From: the human T2T-CHM13v2.0 reference genome, Homo sapiens
Length of the DNA stretch: 64,000 nucleotides
NCBI RefSeq assembly: GCF_009914755.1
Contig: NC_060937.1
Strand: one strand, 5' to 3'
Shown in pieces: positions 47,101 to 60,546 of this stretch; the first letter of the stretch is position 1, and every line of letters starts with the position of its first letter. The position numbers and the translations under genes are program-made. The notes under the pieces were generated by a model, which was not told the origin of the DNA, did not search any database, and worked only from the letters and a program-made list of their open reading frames with translations.

Positions 47101-48969
47101 CTCCAAGTGAGATCGAAGGTTTGCCCTAGACTCTGTAGGACATCTATGTACCTATCGGGATCGTCTGAAAACTTTCCCAGGTCTTCATTGATCGGCTTTA
47201 AATCAAGAGAGGGAGAAAGGGACATGTACCCAGGTTGGGCCAAATTTGCCTCCCCCTACAGCTTGAAGGGGACATAACAGATAGCCCGGGGTTTGTTGTG
47301 GTCCTTTGGAGATTTCTTTGCTTGTTTCCTTTTGGGCAGGGGAGATTAGAAGAGGCTTATCATTAATAGGAAGGGGAGCTATAGGGAGGCTAGGATAGGG
47401 GGGTAAGCTGAAAGGTCCTCCTGTGGGATGTAAATTCCAAGCTTTGCATAGTTGTGTATTCTCCTTCAATGAAAAGAAAGCTTGGACATAAGGTATTTCA
47501 CTCCATTTGCCTTCTCTCTTACAGAAAAGGTCAAGCTGCAGGATAGTATTGTAATTTATACTTCCCTCAGGTGGCCATTTTTCTCCATCAGAGAGAGAAT
47601 ATTGGGGACAGGATGTAGTGCAGAAAAAAATGAGCCACCTCTTTTACAGGATTTGCAGGTCAAATTGGTATCAAAGGCTTAGGATGCATTTCAAGGGTAA
47701 GCCTGTTGATGACTGAGTGTTTCCCATCTAAAAGACAAAACTGCCCATGATTTTGGTTTGTTTGTTTCTCCCCCTGCCCAAAAACCCACAACAGTCCCTG
47801 GACCCTGCTGATCAGAATAGTTGCACTCACCAATGCAGCAGCAGAAACACCTCTTGCCCAAGAACCCTGGACCCTCTGATTGGAATAGTTGCACTCACCG
47901 ATGCAGCAGCAGAAACACTAGTTTTCCTCCTAGATCACAAGGAGGACCAAGGAATGTTGGATTTAGTGGCCCTTGCCAATGCATTCTCAAAAACCTGCAC
48001 CCTTGCCTGTCTTCCTAGACCACAAAGAGGACCAAGAAAAATCAGATTTAGTGGCCCTTACTGACGCATTCTTGAAAACCTGTTAAAGAGTCCTAAGCAT
48101 TCTCCTGTTAGTATTGGGCCTTTACCCATGTCCTATAAAGATGTTATGCCCCAAAAATGAAGTTGAGGGCCATACCCTGAGGGAGGGAAGGGATCTCTAG
48201 AGTTAGAAAGGTGATGCCTTTTGTCCTCACTTACATGAATAGGAAGGATACAATTTCTGAGGCTCCCCATATCCTAGATTCAAGAATAGCTTTTGTTAGG
48301 CCTGCTTGTCTGAGGAGGGATCCTAGAATTCCAGATAGTCCCCCCTACGATGAGGCTTTGGGCAAAAATTATGTCTTTCTGATTGGTGAGCCCGGGTGCC
48401 TAAAGAAGGTAACAGAGTCCTGGAGTTTATACTAGAAATCATTCTTATAGGAGAAACTAGAAAAGCATCAGAGACAGCGAGTGGTTTTTAGAAGCGGGAC
48501 TAGCCTCGGAGAAGAGAGGCAAAAGGAAGTTTGTCTGACAGGCATTAGGACCCAGGAGGCAAGGGTCAGGATAGATAGGATAGATGGGCGAGTCTCACTT
48601 GGGCGACATGACTTTGAGAGTTCCGCTCATGGCCGCAGGGTCAACCAACTTGCTGTCGGGACCCCGGAGTTGAATGGCTTTCCTATCTGTCAACCCTCAG
48701 CTCAACCCAGAAGTACAAGAAAAGCGGAAGCTGGTTCCAGGCAAACGAACTCTCCCAACTCCAAAGAGTTAGGAGTTGTTAGAAAGGCCTTTCCCAGAAA
48801 ACCTGACAACCATGTCTTTAGTCCGGCTTCCACGCTAGTAGCTTTTAACTGGCCGACAATTGCCCGGTATTTAGCCCCCGAATTCTAAGGAAAAATAGGA
48901 CAGAATAGCAAGTGAAAAAGGTCCGATGGTACTCACCATTTGGTGATTGTACCTTCATGGTCGCCAAAA
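44137..48969 (-). mobile_element. HERV9 internal region (leader, gag, pro, RT, partial RNase H), 3'-truncated and defective
   Basis: Gag fragment LGKFSDDPDRYIDVLQ...QSAADIRRKL; RT QDLRLINEAV...VLDLKDAFFCIP; YVDD at 45328-45317; RNase H LYTDG...AQLAELVALT; PBS ttttggcgaccatgaagg beside the LTR. No integrase, env or 3' LTR. Confidence 0.92.
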
Positions 48970-49747
48970 TGTGTCCAGAATTGGTTCCTTCCTTCCAGTG
49001 GCTTCTTGGTCTCACTGACTTCAAGAATGAAGCCGCAGACCCTTGTGGTGAGTGTTACAGTTCTTAAAGATGGTGTCTCCAGAATTTGTTTCTTCAGATG
49101 TTCAGATGTGTCCGGAGTTTCTTCCTTCCGGTGGGTTCGTGGTCTCGCTTGACATCAGGAGTGAAGCTGCAGATTTTTGCAGTGAGTGTTACAGCTCTTA
49201 AAGATGGTATGTCCGGAGTTGTTTGTTCCTCCTGGTGAGTTCGTGATCTCGCTGACTTCAGCAGTGAAGCTGCAGACCTTCACAGTGAGTGTTACAGCTC
49301 TTAAAGGTAGTGCGGACCCAAAGAGTGAGCAGCAGCAAGATTTGTTGTGAAGAACGAAAGAACAAAGCTTCCACAGCATGGAAGGGGACCCGAGTGGGTT
49401 GCCGTTGCTGGCTCAGGTGGCCAGCTTTTATTCCCTTATTTGGCCCCGCCCATGTCCTGCTGATTGGTCCATTTTACAGAGTGCTGATTGGTCCATTTTA
49501 CAGAGTGCCGATTGGTGCATTTACAAACCTTTAGCTAGACACAGAGTGTGCTGATTGGTGCATTTGCAAACCTTTAGCTAGACACAGAGTGCTGATTGGA
49601 GTGTTTTTACAGAGTGCTGATTGGTGCATTTACAAACCTTTAGCTAGACACAGAGCGCTGATTGGTGCACTTACAATCTTTTAGCTAGACCTAAAAGTTC
49701 TCCAAGTCCCTACCCGACTCAGGAAGTCCAGCTGGCTTCACCTCTCA
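48970..49747 (-). mobile_element. LTR12-family 5' LTR of HERV9
   Basis: Minus strand TGAGAGGTGAAGCCAGCTGG...GGACACA; seven CCAAT-containing U3 repeats (49459-49666); GGGAATAAAAGC TATA-like box at ~49424-49435; U5 repeats gtgagtgttacag x3. Confidence 0.92.
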
Positions 49748-50192
49748 GGAGGACTAAGAACCACAGGCAAAAGCAGAAAATTCTCATAGTCTACAGGTTG
49801 CTGGCAAGCACAAAAATCTGGGAGGGGGTGCCCTCCAATAACACCTGACTGGAATAAGCCCTTGAGAGTCTCAGAAATACCAGCAGGCCCTCTCCTCCAG
49901 AAGAGAGCCTCATCCCAGGGAAGACTAGAGACTCAGAGTTCAAAGTCAGCAGAGAAAAAACACTGACAGCAAGAGTGAGAGAAGGCTCAAGGGGCCCAAA
50001 AAAGAGAAGCAGATCCAAAGAAGTGTGGGGAAGAAATGAGGTGCCTGAAGCTGCAAACCTGCAGACCAGGAGAAGCAGATCCAAGAAGTCTGAGGAAGCA
50101 ATAGGGTGCTTGAGCCTGGGAGGCCACAGACACTGCAATGCCCATGAGCCTGGGGCTTGGGCTGGGGCAGAAGGAAAATAATGATCTGGAGC

Positions 50193-50718
50193 ATATCAGT
50201 TGGGGTTCTCCACAGAAACAGAACCAACAGGCTGCATAGAGATCAATAAGAGAAGATTTCTTATGAAAATTTGCTCACACAATCTTGGAGACCTGGAAGT
50301 CCCACAGTATGTCATCTGCAAGCAGACAAATCAGGAAAGCTGGTGATGGAACTCAGTCTGAGTCCAAGACCTGAGAATTGCGGCAGCAATGGTGTGACTC
50401 CCAGGGTCAGAAAGCCCCTAGAACCAGGAGTTCTATGTCAAAGGGCAAGAGAAGCAGGATTTCCAGTTCAAGGAGAGAGGGAGAGAACGAGAAGGTACAC
50501 TTCCTTCATCTTTTTGTTCTACTGGAGCCTTCAAAGGATTGTATGGTGCCCACCCACACTGGGAAGGGTGAGGTGATCTGCTTTACCCAGTCACTGACTT
50601 AACCACCAATCTCTTCTGGAAACACCCCTGCAGACACACCCAGAAATCGTGTTTTTTTTACCAGCTATCTGAACATCCCTTAGCTCAGCCAATATGATGT
50701 ATAAAATTAACTGCCACA
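50193..50718 (-). mobile_element. MLT2 (ERVL) solo LTR
   Basis: gggttctccacagaaacagaaccaacagg...ataaaattaactgccaca. Confidence 0.8.
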
Positions 50719-52259
50719 CTGGTCAAAGCTTCCTTTAGAGAGACCAAAGTGGCTTCTCAGAGAGGGTGAGGTTATATTGTGAATCCTTTAGGAAAACAAC
50801 AGATGAGGGAACCCATGAACCAGAAAACCAAGAAAGCTGCTCTAGCCCTTCTGTTTCCTGTCACCTCATGCAATGGGATGACAAAAAAGAAATATACTGT
50901 AATCCATAAAAAGCTACTCTGAGGAGAAAAATTAAAGTAACCCTACTCACATGTTAACAGATAATGAAAAAACACCAGAAATCCAGGGTCACAAAGTGAA
51001 TGAACTGTAATCCAGTATTTTATAATGATCTGGAAAAATTAAGAAAACAATCAGAGCTCTAAAATAACCAATCAAAAATCGCAAAGTTCAGAGATGATGT
51101 GGCTAAATCATACGGATAATAATCTTACTGAGTTATTTTATAAACATGTTCTCTAAAAATTGATTCCATTTTGTTTAAAATTGGTTGGAAATCTTTAATC
51201 CAAGTATTTGGTGAATAGAGTGCTAAGAAACTTCAGATTTTGAATAACTGAGTGAACTGCAATTGTTGGAAATAGACCTTGCAAGCAAAAAGACATTGAA
51301 AATTACCCTGACAAAAGCAAGGGAGGAACTGAACAAATTGCAGAATGAGAGCTCAGATGGTGCACAGAATTTAATTCTCAAGTTCTATGAGTGTGATTTG
51401 GAATATCTTGGATTGTGAGAAGAATTGCTGATGAACTTCCTATTTTAATTGGATAAAGTTATGTTCTGAGTGGAACAGAATGAAACGAAGGTCTATGATT
51501 TTCCAGCATATAAATGTAAAACATCCAAAAGATTCATAAATAGAATCAACCAATTTTCCATGTAAAAATTCTTTTCAAAGAAAGATGATCTGAATAGAGG
51601 CTGAAAAGCAGTACCTAAAACATATTTTGGCAAAATATTTATACATTTCATATTGTTTAAAATGACAAGGAAATCCTCCCTGAAGCAGAATTTTCTCTGA
51701 GCCTATTGGGTAACTCAAACTCTGAAAAGAGTATCTTCTCAAAACTACTTGTGTATTCAGGGAACATGGAATCAAGTTTTCAACAAACATAAAGAAGTTA
51801 TTAATTATAAATTAAAAATTTGAAGATTACAGTGAAGTTTATAACAAATTATACATGATCATATTCAAGAAAAAAAAACCCTTATTTCTGAGAAATTCCA
51901 GTGACAAACTCATACAAATAGATGTAGGTAAAAAATAATTTTGCGAATGTTACAAAAATGAATTACTCTGCTTTCTCATCTTTGAGGCTGAGAGTCCATT
52001 TTTAAAAATTAAAAATTTGCTTTGCTATAAACAATGTATACATTGTATTATGTTACTTCATATTTTGGGACATAGTTTCATTTTTAAAAACAGTTTTGAG
52101 GAGAATTCTCTTCAGGTTCACCAACAGCATAAAATCAAATTACTCATGAATAAATGAATATTTCTAAAACTCAGATAGTTTGATTTATTGGGCACCTTCT
52201 CAAAATAATCCTAGTTTGGAAAATAAATTATATAGTCACCTTGATTATTAATTGATGAT

Positions 52260-53470
52260 AATTATTACAATGTAGAATTCAATAATTGAGATTCATAAAG
52301 ACCCAAGCACAGGATGAAAGGTCTGGAAACAGGAAGAGATCCCTCTTATATGGGTACTTGACTTATGAAAGACACAGCCATGCAGAGCAGTAGAAAATCT
52401 TCAATAAATCTTTTGACAATTGATTTCAATAAGTGAATGTTTTGGGGTAATTATAATAATATATGATAAAATTCATGTTTGAGTCTAACCTTACCAAAAA
52501 CCAATTTCAAGTTGATTAAAACCAACTGTAAAAGTGAAAATTATAAAACCAAGAACACAGGAAAATAATTTCCTCACTTCAAAATAGGCAGTAATTGTTA
52601 AGCAAGATACAGTGAAAACAACACCCCTAATTTATGTTATTTAGGCAGCAATGGATTAGTGTTATATTACATAAAAACTTATTAAATCTGTGAAAAAAGA
52701 GAGAAAGCATGTACATGAGAAAGACATAAAAATCGATAAAAATAAACGTGCAAACCAATGAAAATGTGCAAAAGAAAAGAAGTATTTTAGAAAAGAGAAT
52801 ATTCACATGGTCAATAAACATGAGATAAACTATTTAACTTAATTACAAATCAGAGAAATACAAGAAATACCAAGAAAAAAGACATTTTTAACAATTATAT
52901 GTAAACATGTTGACAAAATAATTTTTAAAATCTGACAGTATAAAGATGTAAAGCAACAGGACTTCTCACACATTTCTGTTAGGAATGTACCTCATTACAA
53001 ATACTTTGAATAACGGTTTGGCCTTAGCTTCCCAATTTAAAAACATGCACATCCTGTGACTCAGCAACTCAGTTCTAGGCATACATCCTAGAGAAATGTG
53101 TGCTCTTCATGGAAGATATACGTATGTGATTGCCACATTTTTTTTTGCACTAACCTCAGAGTGAAAACAAAACAAAAAAATGGTCTATCCTTACTATAGT
53201 GGATAAGTATGGTCTATTCAGAAGAGAGAATTTAATACCTCATCAATAACAATGAATAAACCACAAATACAATCAATACTTTGCATAAATCTCACAAATA
53301 TAATATTGAGCTGAAGAAGCCAGTCAGAACATAATGTGTGTTATTCAATTCCATTTATATAAAATCCCCAAACAGCCAATGCCACAGTGTTTAAGGATTC
53401 ATAGAAGCAGTAACACTATAAGGAAATATAAAAATCTAGAGAGCAGTTGTTGCCAGTGGGAAGAAAGGGA
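52260..53470 (+). mobile_element. Ancient L1M (ME-like) 3' remnant
   Basis: atcctgtgactcagcaactcagttctaggcatacatcctagagaa; aatctcacaaatataatattgag; ttccatttatataaaat. Confidence 0.6.
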
Positions 53471-54389
53471 ATGGACCTCATCACTCCTTCACAGTACAAC
53501 ATGAACTTCCATATCATCCAGAGGTGAACACATGACCAGGCTTGCTCAGTCAATAGCCCATCTGATTAGTGGGAGTGATTGTGTAGTTCAAAAAGAACTA
53601 GTGAGGCTCAATCTTAGAATGTTTAGAACTTCTAGGACGAGAGAATGGTATGTAAGCCCTGAGCTAGCCGTGTTGTCATAAGAAGAGAGACATTCTGACA
53701 ACAGACCCCTGAAAAGTAAAGCAAGCTCAGACATGGCGGAGATGGAACTGTGTCCTCACGAGAGCTTCTCAAGTTTTGAATCCATAATAGACAAAATAAA
53801 ACCAGTCCCCGGCACTGAATGTTTTCTGAGTCAGTAAGTTGACCTTCTTATCACAACTTTGATTGTCTCTTAAGGCCAAGAGATCTAATATTCCATAAGT
53901 CATCAAAATGTCACAGCCCACAATTTCATTTTCTAGTATATACAGCTCCAGGATCCTGCCTCTCACACTTGTATGTGGTACAAAATTACTGAATCGAATA
54001 AGACCCAAATCATTTCTACTTGAAATGCAGGGAAGCAAAGTGAGTCTTGAACTCAAGTTTTCCTATAAGTCTCACCTACCTCTTTGACAATCATTACTAG
54101 TTACATTCACCACAGATGCTAGTCTCATCACACACTACAATTACCTTCCCTTACATTACTAATTTGAAGCATAATTAACACAAGCCTCACATACTTGGTA
54201 AAGTTTGCTATGTTATAGTTAAAGTCTGTCTTCACAGATCACTACGTTTGTGACTCATTGCGAGTTCAATAATCAAAGTTCATGAACTCGAGGTGATTGA
54301 TACACAGTGTCCTCATCAGTGAACCTGGTGTTAATGTAGTATTTGTTCATAAAGTTATTGTAAGGACTGTATAAAACACTTGCAGAAGC

Positions 54390-54620
54390 TCACACTGAAC
54401 TGGTTAATGGTACCAATTCTGAAGTCAGTCAGTGTGTGTTCAGACCCTAGCTGTTTCACTACTACAAGTGAGACCTTGAGCAGGCTAGTGCTTCAGGGTT
54501 CTGACCTGTAAAATTGGATGATAACAGTAGCAAACTCCAAGTATTGCTGTGAGATAATAAGAGTACTTAGAACAGTGCTTAACACTTAGTATTGCATAGT
54601 CATTATTTGCTGTTATTAAA
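54390..54620 (+). mobile_element. MIR
   Basis: gtgagaccttgagcagg...cctgtaaaattggatgataacagta...gtacttagaacagtgctt. Confidence 0.7.
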
Positions 54621-54925
54621 GAATAATGTTTTGGAAAGGGCCTGGCACATAAAAAAGCTATTAATATTAAATACTATTATTAGTATCAAGAATAAAAGAT
54701 TAGATATCACTACTGGTTCTACATTCATTAAAGAATAACATGATAATTTACAAATAATGTTATGACAATAAGCCTGACAACTTAAATAAAAATGACAAAT
54801 CCCTTGGAAAAAAAAAACTTACCCAAACTAACACAATAAGAAATAGAAAGTATCTATCAATGACCTTTAACTCATAATCAGAAACTTTTCCCCAAAGAAA
54901 ATTCCGGTCCCATATGGATTCACTG

Positions 54926-55218
54926 TTTTTGTTTTGGGATGGAGTCTCGCTCTGTCGCCCAGGCTGGAGCACAGTGGTGTGATCTGGGCTCACTGCAACT
55001 TCAGCTTCCTGGGTTCAAGTGATTCTCCTGCCTCAGCCTCTTGAGTAACTGGGATTACAGGTGCCCATCACCATGCCCGGCTAATTTTTGTATTTTTAGT
55101 AGAGACAGGGTTTCACCACGCTGGCCAGGCTGGTCTCCAACTCCTGACCTCAAGTAATCCGCCCACCTCAGCCTCCCAAAGCGCTGGGATTACAGGCAGG
55201 AGCCACTGAGTCCAGCCT
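54926..55218 (-). mobile_element. Alu (AluS-like)
   Basis: Reverse Alu with a (TTTTG) tail. Confidence 0.92.
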
Positions 55219-55578
55219 ACACTCATTTTTTGAGGGTTTTATAACTATTATGAAAACCTGCCAATGATATTGCAAATAAAAATAAAAGAAAGCTGCAGAT
55301 CAAGAGCTCTCGTGAATGTAACAAAACACTGAAGAAATCAAATCAAACAATTTAACTGTACAATCCATGATGACCAAATAGATTTATCCTTGAAATACAA
55401 AGTTCATTTAACAATTGAAAATTAATAAATGAAGTTCAGTATAGGAAAAAAATAAAAAAATCACAGATATCTATCAATACATTCAGAAAAAAGTATTTGA
55501 CAAAATTCAATACTCATTCGTAATAAAGACTCTCAGCAAATTAGGACATAAGGAAACTTCATCAACCTGACTAAGGGT

Positions 55579-56022
55579 ATGTGGCACATTGAATGGCGGA
55601 TCCATAAAAGATATTTCCAATTGTTAATCCTGAAAACCTGTGATTATCATCTTATTTGGAAAATTGGTTTTTGCAGATATAATTCAATTAATATGAGATC
55701 ATTCTAGAATATCTGGTTGGGCCCAAAAATCTAATGAGAAGTATCATCTTAAGATACACACAAAAGAAACACGACACACAGAAGAGGAGGAGGCATTGTC
55801 ATCATGGAGACAGGAATTGGAATGATACAGCTGCAAGTCTGGAACCACCAGAAAAGGGAAGAGGCAAAAAACAGTTTCCTCCTGGAGTCTCCAGAGGGAC
55901 CATGGCCCTGCCCGTACCTTCATGTCAGAGTTCTGGAAGCCCAATTGTGAGATCACAAATTTCTGTTGTTTAAGCCACTCAGTTTGTGTTAATACATTAA
56001 TGCAGCCATAGAAAACTAATAT
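55579..56022 (+). mobile_element. MLT1C/D-like solo LTR
   Basis: cttatttggaaaa...tttgcagatataatt...ttctgttgtttaagccactcagtttgtg...gaaaactaata. Confidence 0.75.
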
Positions 56023-56562
56023 TGATCATTTATGAAAATTCTATAGCTAACATCATACTTAATGAAGAATTATTGAATAATGCAAAGTTATCTGAAATCC
56101 CCACTGCTACTCATCATTTTAGCTGAAGGTTGTAGCTAGTGCAATAATGCACAAAAATAAAGGCAGAGAAATGAATAATTAAATTATTTTTATTTGCATA
56201 AAATATGATTATCTATGCGGAGACTCCATAATACATACAAACATTGCTAGAACCAAAAAAGAAATTTAGCAAGTTTTGCAGAATACAGAGAAATATAGAA
56301 TTATCATATTGTTTCTGTTATAGACAAATGCAGAATATTTTCTTTATGATAATAATTGTTATCTGTTACATATAAATACTGAATATTTTTTTGTTAATAT
56401 ATAACACAAACAATATGATAATTATTGTTATCTGTTATATATAAATACAGATACATATTTGTGTGGGCAGAAGACCTGCCCCCATGATTCAATTACCTCC
56501 CATATCAGCAAAACCATATCAGGTGGTAAGTTTCAATATTTATAAATATTAGAAATACTTAT

Positions 56563-56668
56563 GTTATATATAAATATTCCGTATTTACATTATATATAAA
56601 TATTCCGTATTTACATTATATATAAATATTCCGTATTTATATTATATATAAATATTCCGTATTTATAT
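56563..56668. repeat. AT-rich minisatellite, 26-bp unit x ~4
   Basis: Unit ttatatataaatattccgtattta(c/t)a repeated. Confidence 0.9.
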
Positions 56669-57970
56669 GTAACAGAAACAAATAACTTTAAAATAAAATT
56701 TAAAATTTTTATTTATAACATACAAATATATGCAAAAATAAATTTAACTTGCACGTTTTTTACACTAAAAAAATAAAATTTACAGAGATTAAAGAAGAAC
56801 TAAACAAATTGATGTATGTAACATGTTCATAGATTGGAAAACTCAACATTGTTAATATGTGAAATACCTCCAAATGTACCAGTAGATTCAAAGCAATCCT
56901 AATCAAAATCCCCATAGCCTTTACAAAAGAAATTGACTAATTCTAAAATAAAAAAAGGAAGTAAAAAGGATCTAAAGCAGCCAAAGCTAGATGATAAAAG
57001 AAATTTGAGGGATGTTAAGACTTCATGTAAAACTAGAATAATCAAGGATGACATGACATGAGGGAAAAGATAAAGCCATTGAATGGAACGGAACAGAGGA
57101 TTCAAAGTGTAAAAGAAAATGCTTTCAACAAGTAGCACTGAAACAACGGAATGGAGAATGGCTAAAGAAATGAATGAATAAGCAAATTGTGGTATATTCA
57201 CACAAAACAATACTTCTTGGCAATAAGATGAAACTATCGATACATACATGAACATAGATAAACCTGAGAAACATACTGAGCCATACACAAGAGAGTACAT
57301 ACTGAATGATCCCACTTCATTGAAGTTCAGGAAAACAATGAAAAAAGCCTAGTCTATGGTGATAGAATAAGAACAGTGGTTTCCTATGATGGGTAAAGTT
57401 TACTAAGAAGGAGAAAATAAAACTTCCTAGGATGGCGGAAATGATTTTTATATTTTGAATAAAGATAGAAAGATGTACTATATGTCAAACATCAAATTTT
57501 ACAATACTTAAAAATCCACATAAAAAGAGTGAGATGGGAAAAAATATTTAGTAAGACAAACACTCAAGGGTAGTAAGAGGGAAATAGACCCGCAAAATAA
57601 TGGGACACAGCAGTTGACTTCTTGCGAAATTTGGTGGATTGTTTTAGAAAAGTCCTCACATTAAATATATCTCAAAATATTTTTACAAAGGAAAATCCAG
57701 GAAAGTGAGATTGATATTTGGCATGATTTTTTCTTTCAGAATATAGATAATTTAGAACCTGCAGCTAAGAGACTTCGTTTTGTCAAAAGTACAAAAACAC
57801 CTAAGAGGCTAAGCAGTTGAGCAGAGCTTTAGGTAGTTGCACAGGATTTAAGAGATAAAAATTAGAGATGGTGTAGGACAAATACATGCTTCATAAGACC
57901 ATCTGCAGAGTTCTTTTTTTATTTCTAAGACTCACCCTACAGTTACTGAAGTCTTGTAGGAACCAGGTGG

Positions 57971-58330
57971 TGTTATGGCCTGCATGTTTGTGTCCCACTC
58001 AAATTCAAATGTTGAAATCCTAATTGGATATGATACTATTAGGAGGCAGGGCCTTTGGGAGGAGATCTGTCATGAGGGTGCAGTCCTCACCAATGGGGTT
58101 AGTGCTTATAGACAAGGGACCCCAGAGGGCTCTCTAGCTGTCTTTCCACTATGTGAGAGTACAGAGGGAATTCACCAGTCTGCATCCAGGAGGAGGTTCC
58201 TCACCAGAACCTGACCAGGCTGGCACTCTGATCTTAGATCTCCAGCCTCCAGAACTGTGAGAAATAAATTTCTGTTGTTTATCAGTCACCCAGTCCATGA
58301 GATTTTTGTTATAGCAGCCTGAAAAGATAG
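57971..58330 (+). mobile_element. MLT1A-like solo LTR
   Basis: tgttatggcctgcatgtttgtgtccc...ccagcctccagaactgtgagaaataaatttctgttgttt...ttatagcagcctga. Confidence 0.8.
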
Positions 58331-58334
58331 ATGG

Positions 58335-58633
58335 TGTATTAGTCTGTTCTCATGCTGCTAATAAAGACGTACCTGAGACTGGATAATTTGTGAAGGAAAG
58401 AGGTTTAATGGACACACAGTTCCACATGTCTGCAGTGACCCCACAATCACGGCAGAGGGCAAAAGAGAGGAAAAGGAATGTCTTACATGGTGGCAGACAA
58501 GAGGGCTTGTGCAGGGGAACTCCCACTTATAAAACCATCAGCTCTCATGAGACTTTTTCACAATCACGAGAATAACACAGGAAAGACCCGCCCCCATGAT
58601 TCTATTACCTCCCATATCAGCCAAACCATATCG
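58335..58633 (-). mobile_element. THE1 solo LTR with an internal deletion
   Basis: tgtattagtctgttctcatgctgctaataaagac...cagccaaaccatatcg; 5-bp TSD gatgg on both sides. Confidence 0.9.
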
Positions 58634-59598
58634 GATGGTAAGTTTCAACGAGGTCAAAGCCTGCCTTTTTTTGACCAGCTCCCCATATCAGAAAAAAATC
58701 ATTGGTTTAAGGCCAGAGTACTGAGCAGGAGAACCAGCAATCGGGGGGTGCCATTATCTCCAGGATTTCTACTTGTGGCTGAGTCAAGCTTGTGTCAACC
58801 TCAGCTTCCAGATCCAGGTTGTTGCTTCTGACGCCGACACGCTGTGAACTCTTGCTTTTTTTCCATTCAGTGCTACCTTGCACTCTTATTCCTTCTGAAT
58901 TAGTTTCAATAATTTCAAAAATTTAGGGATATTCTTGAGTCTTTCATGGAAGACTTTTTTTTTTTTTTTTTTTCTTTTTGAGTAAGACTTTATTCAATAT
59001 ACAGAGTTTGGTTTCACAACAGCTTTCTCTAGCCAGGGATGATTTTCCAAACACCTCACTACAGCAGTTTGTGTGAGGGCTGAAGCATTTTTTGCTTTCT
59101 TTGCTATGTGGAAGAAAATTGACATCAAATTTCTGTCAGCTCTTCCTATCACATTATACTAGTTCAAGTACACTGTGCAGCAGTTCAGAAATGAAGGGAA
59201 TTTGAGGGTATGTGACCAGATATAATTCCTAATGCCAGGCCCTGAAAACTTTCCATTTATATCTGTCACTTCTGTCTGAGGCCTGTCATTTCTCTGAAAG
59301 TTCAGAGGCATATTGTAACGCCAACTCAAAATTCTCCACTTCTGTTTCTGGCAGCGTAGTTCCTGCATATGTTTTTAGGCTCTGGTTACACCAGGAGTTC
59401 AGAACTGTGCGTGACAGACGACCCACCTGCAGCTCCCCAGCCGAGAGGTTCTCTGAGTCAGAGAAAAGGGCTGCAGCATGCCACTCACGGCGGCCACAGA
59501 CATCCTTTCCCACGGCTGCACAGCTCCAATTTCGTGATACAATTTTCACTCACAAAGATGGATTGTACCCCATTTTCCACTTTTCCCACTTACCCAAT

Positions 59599-59989
59599 GT
59601 GATAGAATTTAGATATTTTAGATATTTTCTCTGCCCAAATCTCACGTTGAAATGTAATCCCCAATGCCGGAGGAAGGGCCTGGTGGGAGGTATTTGGATC
59701 ATGGGGCAGATCATTCCCTTGCTGATAAGTGAGTTCTCGCTCTGAGTTCACATGAGATCTGGTCGTTTAAAAGTGTGGGCCCCTCCCTCCCCAGTCTCAC
59801 TTGCTCCTGCCCTGCTCCCCCTTCACCTTCTGCCATGGGTGTAAGCTCCTGAGGCCTTCCCAGAAGCAGAGCAGATGCTAGCGTCATTCTTCCTGTAAAG
59901 TCTGCAGAACCATGAGCCAATTAAACCTCTTTTATCAATTACCCACTCTCAGATATTTCTTTATAGCAATTCAAGAAAGGCTTAATATA
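59599..59989 (+). mobile_element. MST solo LTR
   Basis: cccaaatctcacgttgaaatgtaatcccc...gaaccatgagccaattaaacctct...tttctttatagcaa. Confidence 0.8.
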
Positions 59990-60030
59990 CCATGGTTTCT
60001 TAGCCTTTTCCTAGTAAATTCACACAGTGA

Positions 60031-60546
<516 letters not shown>

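Larger units (their letters stand above)
54680..57520 (+). mobile_element. Ancient L1M ORF2/3' remnant interrupted by Alu, MLT1 and a tandem/templated insert
   Basis: gtatttgacaaaattcaatactcattc; catgttcatagattggaaaactcaacattgttaa; aaattgtggtatattcacacaa. Confidence 0.7.

Noticed and set aside
44276-47469. HERV9 gag/pol ORFs as a domesticated gene
   Set aside because: Split across frames with stops; the longest pieces are ~200 aa, consistent with neutral decay.
47795-48081. Two pairs of ~65-80 bp direct repeats
   Set aside because: They lie in the HERV9 leader and are most simply intrinsic proviral repeats.
49020-49690. Regularly spaced repeats resembling a CRISPR-like array
   Set aside because: They are the normal U3 (CCAAT) and U5 tandem subunits of LTR12, with no unique spacers, in eukaryotic DNA.
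53990-54370. Unassigned segment that might be a conserved element or ncRNA
   Set aside because: No recognisable motif, structure or family; it cannot be supported without a search.
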